Assembly (NCBI GenBank): GCA_051362555.1
Contig: CM120640.1
Span: 9,362,001 to 9,426,000 of the forward strand
Origin: Lingula anatina
Taxonomy: Eukaryota > Animalia > Brachiopoda
DNA: 64,000 bases
Direction of reading: 5' to 3'
In this document: piece by piece, positions 37,542-51,700 of the stretch
Layout of the letters: every line of letters begins with the position of its first letter
Numbering within the stretch: the first letter of the stretch is position 1
Program-made: the position numbers and the translations under genes
The notes under the pieces: generated by a model
The model's database searches: none
Told to the model about the DNA's origin: nothing
What the model saw: the letters and a program-made list of their open reading frames with translations, nothing else

Positions 37542-40500
37542 AACGCTTGCCCCTCCTTCTACTTAAGCCGCCCCGGGTATGACTTTCTCTGACCTCGTCA
37601 AATCAACCCCATATTTCCGAATATTAATATCAAGTTCATGCCACGCGACCGCATCACGTATGACTTCAGCAATCTAAATATATCTCAACGGGCGATGAGT
37701 CACTACTTTTTGTCGAATGGGAATTGTCCCTAGTGTTTTCATTGATACTTTGGAATACTACGATTTACAATGAGTTTTCTAGTACATGCTTTGTTCAGCA
37801 CTAAGATTGTACGAAATCTTAGAATGCAGCGTTTATTAAATGCGAAAATAAAACAACGGTGTGTGTTACGGATGCCCGAAGCATTCATTAAAACATTGGA
37901 TCCGTTCCAGATACTTTCACATACTTTTCAGACAAGTTTTTACAGACTTGTACACTTAGAAAAATGATGAATCTCTGGCGTAATTGACCTTGTGCTGACG
38001 GGCTGGGTTAAGATGTTCGAAATACAACAGAAGTAAGTAATATCAAACCTGATAAGTCACATGTGACTTGGGGAATGGTTTTAACTTTGGTAAAACTGCT
38101 TATGTTTTCAAGTACAACGCGCAACAGGGAAGACCTCCACGTGGAAAGATAAATAGAGTTTGCCAAAAAATAAATTTCATAATTTGTGCTGTATTCTCTT
38201 TGTAAAATGATAAAATTGATAAGAAATGAAGATTTGTGTAAAGTAAGGGAAAGGTGTGCTTGCAGACTTAAATTTATTGCGAAGGTAAGAATTGCCGGGA
38301 TAGTTTTTTTTTAAGTGAGAGGGTTAAGTGAGAATTGATGTCACTAAATAGCATAAATGTTGAATCACATAAGTGATCAATTGTGATGCACAGGGCGTGG
38401 TACGTGACGCGTTTAAGATAGTCCTTTTATTTCTTTTATGTATCACTGCTTCTAAAAACAATATGAAAATTTAATTAGATCTGGTGATTCATCACCCTTG
38501 ATTTGATGCACCTGGAATCTGATGAAGTCGTCTTTTTCTGCGGGCCTGTTTTATTTAACCGCCGTGTGAATGAAAAAATATTGCTCTTGGCAAATGTGCT
38601 TCTCGTTTTAGGCACAAAAGTTCGCAAGAATGATTGCATTTATGCAGTAGATATTCGTATATAACCGTTTTAATATTTCTGTTCATCAAATCACATAAAC
38701 CATTGCCATTTGAACCCATCCTTTAAGTCGCAATCCGTGATCTTTGTGCATAACTTTTAGCCCTATATGACAGTAATAAAGTAATGTCAGGTGAAATATT
38801 AGCAACGTGCAAAAAAGTTGCATACAACAGCTTTTTTATTTCTACATTTACCTTTTTTATCTTTTTATGTTAGGTTATTATCTTCACTATTTGTCATGTG
38901 ATATACAATACATGGTTTACTCTTTGTTCTAATTTCACTCAGCCCTTAAGACAATTCTTGTTGAGCTCATGTTTTTTTTTTCTTATCCTTAACAGAAACC
39001 TGCATGGACATTGCCTAATTCGAATCTTACATACATTCCAACAAATTTCAGACCCTTAAGAGTCTGCGTTTCGTGGAGTCCACTGTATATCTTCATGCTT
39101 GTCGTTTGCAACTCGAATAGTAATATCGCATTCATGTCTCAACCCATAAGAATAGACCTACGGCTTGACTGCCTGCTGTTAATCTGTCAGTGATAATCTG
39201 GGTCGATAAATTGGCTCCTGCTATGAAATAATTTTCAATAAAATCTTCTAAAAATGTTGTTCATTTAAGATACGTTATAATTTCGTGTCACGTGCACAAA
39301 ATCACTACAATGGGGAATAATAACCACACTTTCCTGTCGCCATTTTTCTTACGATCATTTTTACTTAACAGGGTCGTTTATTTTGCGATTTTCAAACATC
39401 CATTTGGTCTGGCACACCTTCAATGTAGGGGTTCCCAAAACCTATGCCTAGGTCTACTGGTTTCTACGATTTTTCTCTCCGTAATTTGTATAACAGACAC
39501 CGAGATTATTTGTAACATGGATCCCATGGGAAGCTCATAATGTCGCATTAATTTCATCTAAATGGCATTCGGCCAAATTTATCAGTGTTGACGTAGTCCC
39601 GCTACTAAAGGGTTTCTTTCTTTTACTTATTCTGCCCGGCGTGGTTTGTAATGATGACTTGTTACAGGCTTCAGACGGACATAAGTGTTGTTATTACCTC
39701 AATAATAACGAGGAAATTCTATTTTAACCCATGTTGGAGTTTTCTTCGAAATAAGACAAAGTCACATATTTTTCCTGGCAGCTAATCCATCCCTCTCAGT
39801 AGGCACTCATGCGGCTTTCAGTCACTCTTTCAGTGCAAGGAGAGGAAAGTCAATAGATAGCATTTTAGCTATCGGAAACTTTTATCCTAAATACTTTAGT
39901 TTGATATTTAGACAGCCATACATTTCGTGTACAGAGGTTTGATTTGATTGGGGTCTTTCCTGATTTGTAAGATATAACGTATGACACAAAATATAAGAAA
40001 GAGCATGTATATTGCACAGAATACTAGTCTATAACCAGGCATAGTCTTATCACTGACCTAGGTAAAAAGATTTCAGTTCAGTCCATTGCTTTAACTAAGA
40101 TTTTAGATAATTAAAAAAAACGAAAGGAAAAGGAAAAGAAGCAGACAAATGAAACTTTAATTAGTTGAGTACACCCCTGTAGTCAAAATTTGCAGAATAA
40201 ACCACCGTTTTATTGCCACTTATCAACGGGAGGGTAAATTGTTTAACTTCTTTAAGTATGGTGATTAATTACTAAATCAAGCTAGGTGCTCTCCAAATCT
40301 AAAAAAAAGAGTTAATTTTTTCTTGGCGGATGAAGGCTTCACTCGCGGTTTATGTGAATGAAATATGTTATCACTATGTTGCGGTTGCGATTGAATGATT
40401 TCCATGGAAATCTACACCAATGACATTTTTCCTCTGGGTGTTCCGTGTTAATTTTTTCACCAGGGGATTTATTTCTATGAAATCAAGTGTGTAACTAATA

Positions 40501-41847
40501 TTTCATTATCAGTGTCACTTTTGCGTTTAAAAGTTCCCTTTTAGAGAAAATATCCATATCCCAACAATAACTCAGCGATAGCAAGTTAGATTTATTTCTT
40601 TTCATTCATTTATCATTTTCACTTCTTTTTTCGTTTTATTTAATAATGTTCAGACTGTTCCAAAGATAAAGCGTTCCGGGCATGCCTTGCATTGTTGTTC
40701 TGATTGTTGCAATCATTACAGGTGCTTTCCAGTTGTCAAAAATAATAAATCACACGGTCAATAACTCAAATTCTTGAACTAATATTGAGTAGATTCGATC
40801 ACCCATTCTTCAAGAGCTTTTAAAATTGACGGCCAATTTTTCTATGATATCGTTAGCTTAAAGCACCTAGCGTCTGGCTAATGGGGTATTTTACTGCAAT
40901 TTGAGTTAATTTGTTCCCAAGATTGTAATTCAATATCTATTTCATTATGAGGTTTCAATCAGGATATTTTTGTCTGTTCAGCGAATCTCATTTCTATAAA
41001 AGAGTACATTTACACATTCCACTATCCATCGTAGAACCTGTCGAAACGTATGGGAAAACGCATAATTAACCCCATTCCATTCCATTTCTGGAATGCGAAC
41101 ATTTGTCAATACGTGAAAAACTACATGTAGACAGAGGCAGCCTATTTTGACTCCCAGAGTGCATCAAGAGGCACTGCAGTGTTTTGACGGCGGAATGCCG
41201 TCACTAAAAGCATTCAATTTCATCAGTCGTTCCAACTTTTTACAATCCCATTCCGGTGCGCGAGTTTTCTTTCGGAGGTGTGGTATCATTAACGCGTTCC
41301 AATTGGTTCAGTAGATATCCAATTAACACGCACGAAGCGCGGCACACCCCTTTCCACTAAACGAATGTCAAGTTATCAAAGTTATGAAAACCCAGAAGGC
41401 TTAACACATCACATGCACGACTGGGTGCACTTGCCCTAATTTGAATTCCGCAATAGGGAATAAATCGACTTCCTCAACTAAGCGAACCTTTACTATATCT
41501 TGAACTGATTAGTGCACATTGTTCTTAATCTTCGTACATATCAAACGATAACATCAGGTAAGCAGGTGACAGTAATGACAGTTAGCGCCTTACCTTACCT
41601 GGGGTAGTGTCCGACTATGCCTTTAATTCTCTTTGTACTTTCTGATCAAAAGAAGTTAATGGATATGATTTGAAATAATTTTGCGAAAATTGCGAGCGGC
41701 AAGAATTTACTCTTGCCAATGCCCTCGCTGGCCACAATCTTCGAATTGATTTCTACCACAAAGGACATAATTGTAATCGTAAAATGGTGTTTGGTTGTAC
41801 TACGACTAAAGAAACGCCAATCGGTGCACACGAAAAATGAAAATGCT

Positions 41848-41991
41848 CTAGTTTCATGTCCCATTAGCGATATTAATGCATGATGTAAGATGAAGTGGGA
41901 ATACAAGACAATACACTGGTGAACCGCTGTTTTTTTTCTAGTTTCATGTTCCATTAACGAAATTAATGTGTGATGTAAGTGGTAATACAAG
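41848..41991 (+). repeat. Two-copy tandem duplication, 90-bp period
   Basis: CTAGTTTCATGT(C/T)CCATTA(G/A)CGA..TTAATG..TGATGTAAG...AATACAAG at 41848 and 41938. Confidence 0.8.
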
Positions 41992-44298
41992 GTAATAGAC
42001 TACCTGGTTTTTTCCCCTTGATATACTCAAGAATTCCTCGTTTTTACATGCAGTGCAATGCCTCCTTGAATTAACCAGGGAGATACCAGGGAGATTACCC
42101 TGTCGTGAAGCAAATTAGGGATACCGTTATCCTTTGCCAAAAATTAATTATTTACTGCCTAACATACATTCTTTTGGATAACAGATAAATCTTCAGTGTT
42201 CAGTGGCTTAATTAATATTTACACACTTGTCATCTTACAAGTGACGTCATAATTGCGATTTTGGGGTAAAAACTGAAAAATCGGTTTCTCAAATTGAACA
42301 GCGTTTTAACGTCAATTTGATGACACAATCTAGTACTCCAAAACCCTCCCTGCGAATTTTCTTAAAAGCATTCTTTCAGATTTTATAGTTGATAAAGCAA
42401 AATAATACCCTTGTTTAATAAAAATCTGTAATTAGGGGCTCATAACTCCATAACAAAAGCATTTAAACCAAAATGACGGCACAGGATTGTAGCCATAAAC
42501 TTGTGGTCAGCTATGCCAGTTTTCATGATACATTTTAAATCTTGTTCAGGGATGAAGTTACGCCCCATTCCGATTGCTATACCCTTTTTGCCGTCTATTC
42601 TATGATTTTTTTGTCTGAATGTGTACATGTTTTTCTTTTGGCATAGACGCAAAGTACAAAGGGAGCATCTGCACGTACAAGAGTCTCATAACACGTTTCA
42701 TAACAACACAGAGGAATAACCATGGCATTGGGAGGTTTTCATCGACAAGGATCGGGAAAACTGGAGAGTCCTTTTTGCGTCAATTGCAAAGCATGGGATG
42801 ATTGTCTAATGCCAGCTGTGGCATATACCATACCATTATTTTTAACGGTATCCGATGATGAATTGCAACTTAGTACAGTCAATGACCGTTTCAACCCGCG
42901 GCATCTTAAAATCTGTCGTTAAGCCAGTGTTATGAAGGATGGCGTGATCGGTAGGCAATCTCCATCATTGAGGTCGGTATGTTACAGAAGGCCAGACGAA
43001 GGAACCCGCATGATTTCTAGGACGTGAAGATAATCGCATTATCTTCGACTTTTTAGTTCATTACAGTAGTTTGGCAATCTCCTCAGTTGCCGTGACTAAT
43101 TGGTTGATATCGGAGTTCGTGAAAATGGTTTGTGTGAAGTGATGTGGTTTATCAAGGAAGGATGCGACTTTTCTCCTTGTAATTGTGTTCATTCTGAAGA
43201 TGCTCCCACGCCCCCTTGCAAAAATAATCTCTTTACCATTTTTTTATTTAGACGCCACGAGAATTGTTATTTGATTTCTGGATAGCACTTCAAGAACCTT
43301 TTGCCTTGTGTTTTTTTAAATAACAGTTTTGATGTCATGGATTTGAGAGCCTGGTTTGTGTCTGAATGACAGTAATCATTTCTGTGAATTACCCCAACCC
43401 GGGTAGACAGAGAATAAAACCTAGCCTCGACAGTCAGTCGTGCGCTTGCTAATCATGAGAACCAAATTCTCCAAGAGAAAAAAAACAGAAAATCAAAAAA
43501 AAAATAAAAAATAAAAAACAGAAAAAAAAACAAAAAAAATTCCTTGGAATTCCGGAGATTGAAAATTAAGATTTCTGTTGAATCAAAACAAAAGACTAAC
43601 GGAATTACTTTACTTTGTTTGACTGTAATTTTTGGAGCATTGTCATTTAAGTATCATTATATTATTTTATTTTACTTATTTATTTATCCATTAAATTTTT
43701 TTTCTATTTCTCAACCGTCAAATAAACGAGAGAGAATGCACATGATTGTCTTAGCTGGCCTACCGCGCAACTACTGCAATTTTATAGTTGGAAGTATACA
43801 AAGGTGGATGTGGTTGACCAAGCTGTCAAGGGAAACGAAAAATAAACCAATTGAAGGCAGCTAATGTTAGATATGTCGGTGATGATGACTTAATGACAGC
43901 AAACAAGGGCGTTTCCCTTTATTTAATAATTTGTATCATTTGCTGCACTTAGTATAAGGCCCTAAATGTATAACATTTTTTGCGACATGAATAGATTGTC
44001 ATGGTAAACAGCGTTTCCTAAAACAAATCATTTCAATATCCGGAGTTGTTTTTGCGTTTAATTATCCTTTGTGTCAGATTATGCAAATTAAATAATCATT
44101 ATATTGGATGTTGATTTATTTTATATCAGTTTCATCAGTGGAAACGTAAAACACCAAAGAGTAAACAGTTTCGACTGTCCTCGTCTAAGCAGATCGTCTG
44201 TGACAGGGCAGAGTAATGAATAGAAGGGGTCAATCAGTGACCAAATTGAACTGTGATTTTATATTCTAATTAAGATGCTTCTTTCATTAATTTGTATA

Positions 44299-44333
<35 letters not shown>

Positions 44334-47008
44334 CCAGAGCTTTCTTGTATATAACAACTGACATATTCCTTATTTTTTACTGGCACACTGTGAGTGGCAC
44401 ATCCAAAAGTAAAAATGCCCACATATGGCAGTGCAAAGCTTGACTGATTTATTCTTGAACCAAAGTCAACGACTGAGATGGAAAAAAAGCGTTTCAACCC
44501 CACTCGGGCATTGTATAATCTACGCTGTAAATATGACAATGCCAAAAATCTACAGGATTGGTAGTGGTTAACACACTTTGAGAGGGTATGGCTTAGACAC
44601 AGTGGCACTCTGACTATAAATGGGTCTGACACTGCTGATAGAAAACAAAAAAATATAGAAAGCATGACCGAGTCACTTAGCCCCCGGAGTTACCTTAAAT
44701 TACCCACCCAATTTTGTGTACATTTAAGCGGGATATGATGGTGTTCAAATTTATTTTTCCAAACTCTCAAATATCAATGATTAGCTCCTCTCATGTCCAT
44801 TTAGGCAACTCAGAGCCGCAGACGAGAGGTCTATTTGTTGATATTTGCGCGGGAAAGAAGCCACCGAGATGTATACAAACCAGGGACTGAACGCTGAGTC
44901 GTGATGTGTGTTCTTGGTAGATGATATCATAAAACATCAAACAGTGTATTAGCTTACAACTGTTCAATTAGTCAAATAGCATAGAAATGGCATCGAATTC
45001 GCTTTTAAGTAAAACCACCAATGTTTAAGAGCTTTTAGAGGCGCTCTGAATACGTGGATACCACCATTGAGAGGCGTATGAACGGCTTGGTGTGGAACGA
45101 CCACTGTTTTTGTAAAATAACTATGAAACGTACAGATTTTCTCACATCTTTTTTTTTCGAAGAAAGAAAGAAAAAAGTAAGAAAAAATAAATTTGGGGAA
45201 AGATTTCCTAAATCATTCTTTACAGCTTTCTTTGTCATTTCCACCAATCGTGCTTCCAATGTGCTTAAATACGTTATTTAGTATTATTCATATGTACATA
45301 AATCAGGTTCTCCTTATTTAAGAAAACTTACTGAAATCTGTATAAATGGAGGTTCTGGACGATGAAATGACTTCTTCATATTATCTGTTTTGCAGAGAAC
45401 GTTTTGATCCGATATTTTGGAGAACAAAGACAGGAAGGTAATTGCTGTACAAGTGATACATGTACAATTAATAAGCAAGAGATGTGAGTGCCATTCAGTA
45501 AAAGCAACAGGTAAAAAAATTAAGCACTGACAAATAGGCAAATACATTTTCATAAACCATTCGTTTAGCTGCGAGACTGTTGGTTGGATGTTTATTATCT
45601 CAAATTTTTCTTTATATTTTTGAAATAGACTGCACGAATGCTTCAAATGCATACTGTTTATTCTTTTTAGGCTTTTACAATGATTTCGATAATATTCATA
45701 TCTGTTTCCATTTGAGACGTAAGGGTCGAGATAGTCTATGAAATGAATTTAGATCGTAATGGCCGATGTCAATCTCACCGTATTCATTCATTTAAAACCA
45801 TTCATCGTCCAAACGCGATTTCCAGACCATTTTGTGATTTCCTGTTAGCAATTCATTATCATCTCCCTTGATTGTATGTCTCTGTCCGTGAACTCGAACC
45901 TCAATGTTTTTTTTTTTTTTTTTGACAAGAATTAAAATTACATTTTAAACCCAACAAATACATCAAAAAGCTGCCAAATTAAAATTTTTGCTGTACCTGT
46001 TCATATTTGTTTATTGTTTTTTAAAGTCAAAATTTTATAATAAAAAAGAATTGCTTCATTTTGATAAAAAAAAATCACCCGCTCTACCTTAAAATAAGTT
46101 AACTTAAGTCATACAATAATATTTCCTTTGCGTAGAGGTGACCCGCGCCCTACTATCAGTAAAATCATTCTTTCACATTTTACGGTTAGATAAATGTTTG
46201 CCTTAATATTTTGTTATTTCTTTCTCTTCTCTGTGGTTAAGAAATCAGACTGATGAGTGTTTGACAGACATGCTTGTTATCTTTCACGCTACATTTCGTT
46301 TTGATTTGAACTTCAAGCAGATAAGATATGTCTGAGACATTAATTGACAGCGTATTAGATACATTAAGTTTAAAACAATAACAAGCAACAGTGTGGTTGT
46401 GTTTTTCTCGCCCGACTACGGTATGAACATTGTTTCAACAAGGCACGGGTTACAGAGGCTGACTCGTGATTGACAGGGGCAGAGCGCCTCGTAGGTTTCA
46501 TCAGTCGACGGCAGTCGGCTGAAGTATATCAGTTATGCAGATAACAGGATCATTTTCCGTTCAGGGTGTTAATTATGTCATCATTGTCTGTGCTTCTCGC
46601 AGTTTTTACGTGCCACGTTTTTACCGTGATCAGAGAGGAAGGATTTAATTTCATCCTTCACCGCGGCGAAATGAAGATGCATAAATCTTATAGACAAGTT
46701 GGCTAATTTGATACTCGGAAAGCTGTCTTCTCAGAAACCAAGCTCTCGGAAAATGCGAGAGATAGGCGCGCTTGGATACTTTTCAAAGATCAAACATGTT
46801 TATTAATTTGCTGACACGCATAACATTCTTATATGGTCATTATGACCTCTACACAGATACACAGAAGTTCCATTCAATTTCTAAGAATGATATGAACAAT
46901 TATTTATCAGTTAAAAAGAGCGCAATAAAGTCATCTATTGTTTGGATGAATTAGAACAAGGTGCCTACGGTATAACTAAATGATTTTGGAAAAGACGTTA
47001 TCAAATAA

Positions 47009-47009
<1 letters not shown>

Positions 47010-47079
<70 letters not shown>
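47010..47079. repeat. Compound (GT)n(GA)n microsatellite
   Basis: Direct reading. Shorter (GT)(GA) runs occur at ~21360 and ~22066. Confidence 0.95.
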
Positions 47080-47084
<5 letters not shown>

Positions 47085-48764
47085 GGGAGACTTTACCCAA
47101 ATTTATCGGATAACTAATTTTTTCGTGAAAAAAATCTCGTTTGTCATTGGGGTTCTTCTCAAAGCCAGTTGTTGTGTAAATGAGTCGGTAATAGTACACT
47201 GGGATGGAAATTCAGGAGCAGGAATATACATAAACTATATCAAAACTATCTCCCAACTATTCTAACAAACATCTCTTCTTCCCACTTGTCATCACCAGAG
47301 AGCATTCCAGCGCAGCAGATCGGGTATTCTTTTCCGTGCTTTTGGCTGACTGATGATATGTTGCTGTAAAGAAATACTTGATTTCCACAGATATATCGCA
47401 ATTCTAGACAGTTGCCTTTCAACAAAAATTTAGTTGTGCAAGTACTGGGGCTAATTTTGAGGTGCCCTCGCCTGACCGACAGTGTGTCTGTGAACGTGAG
47501 AAGAGGCGCCGCAAGATTTGGCAGGTTTTTTTCTTGCTTTTCAGGTGCCTTTGGTGCAATAATCTTTCTGAACACTGCTAAAGTTAATGCCACAATGTAC
47601 AGTAAAATACATTTGTTTCAGTTCAACGTTAATTTAAAATTTATTATCATTTATCTACGTTGATTGATATAGTTTGGTATATGTTTAGCGGCGGCTGTTT
47701 CACTGTCAAATGATTTCAAGAATGCACTGAAATATTTGTATTATGCATGAGAAATCATTTGATCATTCTATATCACTTTTAGATTTCATTCATTTATTTA
47801 TCGCTTTTTATCTTCCGTGTTTCTCCCTCAAAACGAAGGTATAGCTGTAAAAATAAAAAAGACAAAAAACTGAACTTTTTTTCTTCTGTCTGGAAAATTT
47901 CCAAAAAATGTAAAGGAATCGGGCTACTGAGTTCTTTATCCCAGATGCGGATCAGGTTTGATGTGAAATACGATAGCAACTTGATCGCCAAGTCTCTTAA
48001 TCTCTCTCTTGTAGCCTAGTTCAAATACATTCATCATGGAGACCGGGCGCTGGGAATTGAAATCCAACTCTTGCATTAACTGTGTGGTTACCGCAATCGG
48101 TAATAACCCTACTCTCAGGCTAGACCCACGAAGTAGGCTCTGACCCCTCATCACTGCAATGGTGCTAGGGCGGAACGGGCTAATAGGTTCAAGTTCATTT
48201 ATCATGGCTAGAATAGTTTTGACTTGAGAAATAACACCAATACTGTTTTTTATTTGGTAGATTGTATTCATTTCTACATCAAGCTACGTGATACACGAGG
48301 GCCATCACGCAGTAGGAGTATAAATCTATGGCTATGAAGTTATATATATGAATGGAAAAAGCACAGAATGGTACAGCAATGGACGGGATAAGTGCCTTGA
48401 TCAATGTCTATAAGATGGTAGCCAATACTGCTCAACAGACATACAGTAACAAATCATCCTGTCACTTCTCCCCCGTAAAATTCAAGTTATACATTAGATC
48501 TCAGATAAAGAATTGTTTCTATATTAATATCCAATTTCGCTATAAATACACTTAACGACACAAATACAAAAAGTATAATGTATGCTTGTTCTTTTCTTAT
48601 CTGATAGCCTTTTTAAAAGCTAATGTATTGTAAAAAAGCGTAAAATGGTTGTCGAAGACGCTCTTTCCCGGAATAAATGCCAAAAAAGTTTATCGTCACA
48701 CTATAAGAGCACTGATCATATTACAACAGAGTCTACCTCCATTACACAGTTTTAAACTGCCATT

Positions 48765-51700
48765 TCATTTTGCAATAATGGACTCTACCGAAAACTTTAT
48801 CAAAGACTTAGCCTGCTTCGAGTCTCTCTGCTCGTATCCATTTGTCACTAAATTTCCGTGTTTATTTGGAGCACTAAAAGCAGACGACCGATTGCCTTTG
48901 GAACCCTTAGGAATCAAATTTACAACGCCCTTGTTAGGTATTGGAGCGGCCATTGACAAGTCTACTGGAGGGTCATATTGCCCCCTCTGTCCACAAGATC
49001 CACTTTCGTTTACAACAGGCGGAGCAACAATCGTTTGGCTGAAGTTGTAAAAGTTCCAAAACGACACAGGTTGGACCAGGGTTTGTGGCGTTTTTTTCTG
49101 ATTCTTTAAATCCTGCTGAGGAATCTGTCCAACGCTACTGATTCCAGTAGCAATTTGTTCGATTGCTTTTTCTATATTCCCGCCGCAACCTTGGAGAACA
49201 AGTTCGAGGACATTGGCGTTGTGATAGGGGAAAATTCGCTGAAGAAGTTCCCGTGGAGACAAATTCGCCATCTGATTTGCGTATTCTTGGTCAGTAGAGG
49301 TCCCAGAGGAGGAAGTGAAACCCGCAACAGAGGGATGTGTGTGAAAGGCCCCCACGGAACGATATTTATCCAGTTCCAGTTGTCGCTCCCGTGCAAACAT
49401 TGCGACCTCAAGATCTTTATCTGCAAAACACCTTCTTTTTCGCATACGTTCGTTCATCAATGGCATTATGGACCGCAAGGCTTCCGGCGGCGGTAGTATG
49501 TGAAGGCGATTTCGGTATGCTTAGGACAAAAATAAAATTGCATTATTTTGACATTTAAATCTTCTGGGTTAAACTCTAACAAAATTTGTAATCATCATTC
49601 ACAATTATAAAAACTTTTTGAAAGTAGTATATGTTGATTATCAGGGAAGCGAGTTATCAACAATAACGTCCAACGAGACCAAAGAACGGGGACAAGGGCC
49701 AGATTGCACAAAAAATGTTTTTAGTAATTTTGATGGTGCATTAAACAATTTTATAAAACTACCCGATCTTGGCCTTATTAAATTTCAAAGTATTAAATAT
49801 CTTAGCGATATACGTTTTTCAACGACCTTTTCGTTCTTTTTATTACCCGCAGAGAACGATTACATTCATTCCTGGCAGTTTCACTTCATATGAAATATTC
49901 CATTTTGGGCAGAGGTATTTGTTTCGTTGTTTTAAAAGGATTTAAAATGGTTTGGGTGTGTAAGCACGGTTCCTCATTTTAAAAAGTAGTGAAATCTAGG
50001 ACATCAAAAATCTTATTTACTGTCCCTTCCATGACTAACTAAGCTTAAATTTACAAAGCTGAAAAAGTAAAAACTATTTTGGCCTATCAAACGTGAATTT
50101 TCTTTGAGTGAAGAATTCTTGGCTGTAACTCAGACAGAAAGAAAAAGGTTGCAGTGACATGGATTTATACCTACTTTCTAGTATTTCTTTGCTAAGACTG
50201 TGTTGTTGTAAACTGCGCAGGTTGCGGTGTAGAAGTTTCCGCTGTTGGAGTAATGCAGCAGCGTTCTTCACTTTGGCCTTTAATGTTTTGTTAATTTCCG
50301 TCGTCTGGTGTCTGAAACCAAAAAAGAATGCGGATTATAAATATAACCCTTCCCTTTTAATTTTTTTCTCAGAAAAACTTTTTCTAATCAAATGCGAATA
50401 TGTTAATAATGACATTAGTACCAAATACATTGCGACTTTTAAAAACCTCAAACATTACATCATGCATTTTCTATTCCTCGCCTAGAGTACAACCCACTTT
50501 AAACGGCCAGTAACTTGACTGTCAACACGGTCTAGAAAACAATATACGCTGCGAGTCAACGGAATAAAATACGCCGTTCTTGCGTATTTTAATAGATTAC
50601 GTTTAAGAGCGACACTCTCTTTTTTTCCTTTGGTCGAAGAATGTGTATTAAAAAAAAAACAGGTTATTAGAAGTGCTTAGAAAGTTGAAAGAGAGGCACA
50701 CCCTCTGATACTGCCATTGCCAGAGTGTAATGAGTTCCAATGAAATCCTTTAATGTTAATTTGTTGAAGGAAGGGAAATGCAATAGAAAAAACCCATAAG
50801 AAAAAAGTGATTTCAAATTGTCCGTCGTTTGAAAATTTTGCAATTTGATTTTTAACTTGATTGGTTTAACTTGAAATCACAAAATGTTATTTTATTACGA
50901 ACATTGCATCATTCAATTCTACAGTATTTTCCCGATTCCTCTTGAACAAAATTTAATGTCATATAATTGTTTTACTTCATTTTTTTACTAGGAACCTTTT
51001 TGAAGTCAAACATTTTGTATCTACATGTAGGAAATAGCCATAAAATATCCGCGACCTGTAAAACCTTTTAAATTGCACACAAAAGTACTTCCATAGCTTT
51101 CAAATAAATGCTTTAGTTTTATCCGAATAAGGGGAGAAATCGCCTGTGAGAACCATCAGTTTTTCAAGTCAGTCTGAATACGTTCTTAAGTACAAGTTTG
51201 AAGCTGAAAATAACTGTTTAAGTATTGGTAGCTACATATTCTCCCGAGCGGTTACATTTCATCATCAGGGGAGATTATTTATTGTTGATAGCATGTTACG
51301 TTTTTAATCATGCTGATACTTTTTTTTTTACCTCTCTAAATTAAATTTTACAAGCTGTTTTAGATAAATTTATGAATAAAATGAAATTTTAAAAGCTCGT
51401 TAACTTCTATCATTCCAATGTGATATGGAGTTTTAAAAATCTTTTCTAGCTTTCTCTGACAAAATACATATAATCTAGCGAAACTCGGGCGAAATAAAAA
51501 TAAAATCCAACTTTTGAACTGCATATATTAAAGAAAATTCTGCAGATGTTAAAAACGTCTTAACTGCAACAACATATTTGGGACATGTTACTTGTGATTT
51601 ATATTTTGTATCAAAAAGACTAAAAAGCTAAAAAAAAAATACTCAATTAAATCAGTTGTATTGTACCGTTATTTGATATACCTTTGACCGAGTAATATAG

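Noticed and set aside
33000-48300. Many 60-130 aa ORFs in the intergenic block
   Set aside because: No recognisable domains or consistent exon chains; many are Phe/Lys-rich or microsatellite-derived. A small divergent gene cannot be fully excluded.
38515-51275. Hammerhead ribozyme cores at CTGATGA motifs (e.g. 38520, 46250, minus 51262)
   Set aside because: No helix II followed by GAAA and a cleavage triplet could be built.
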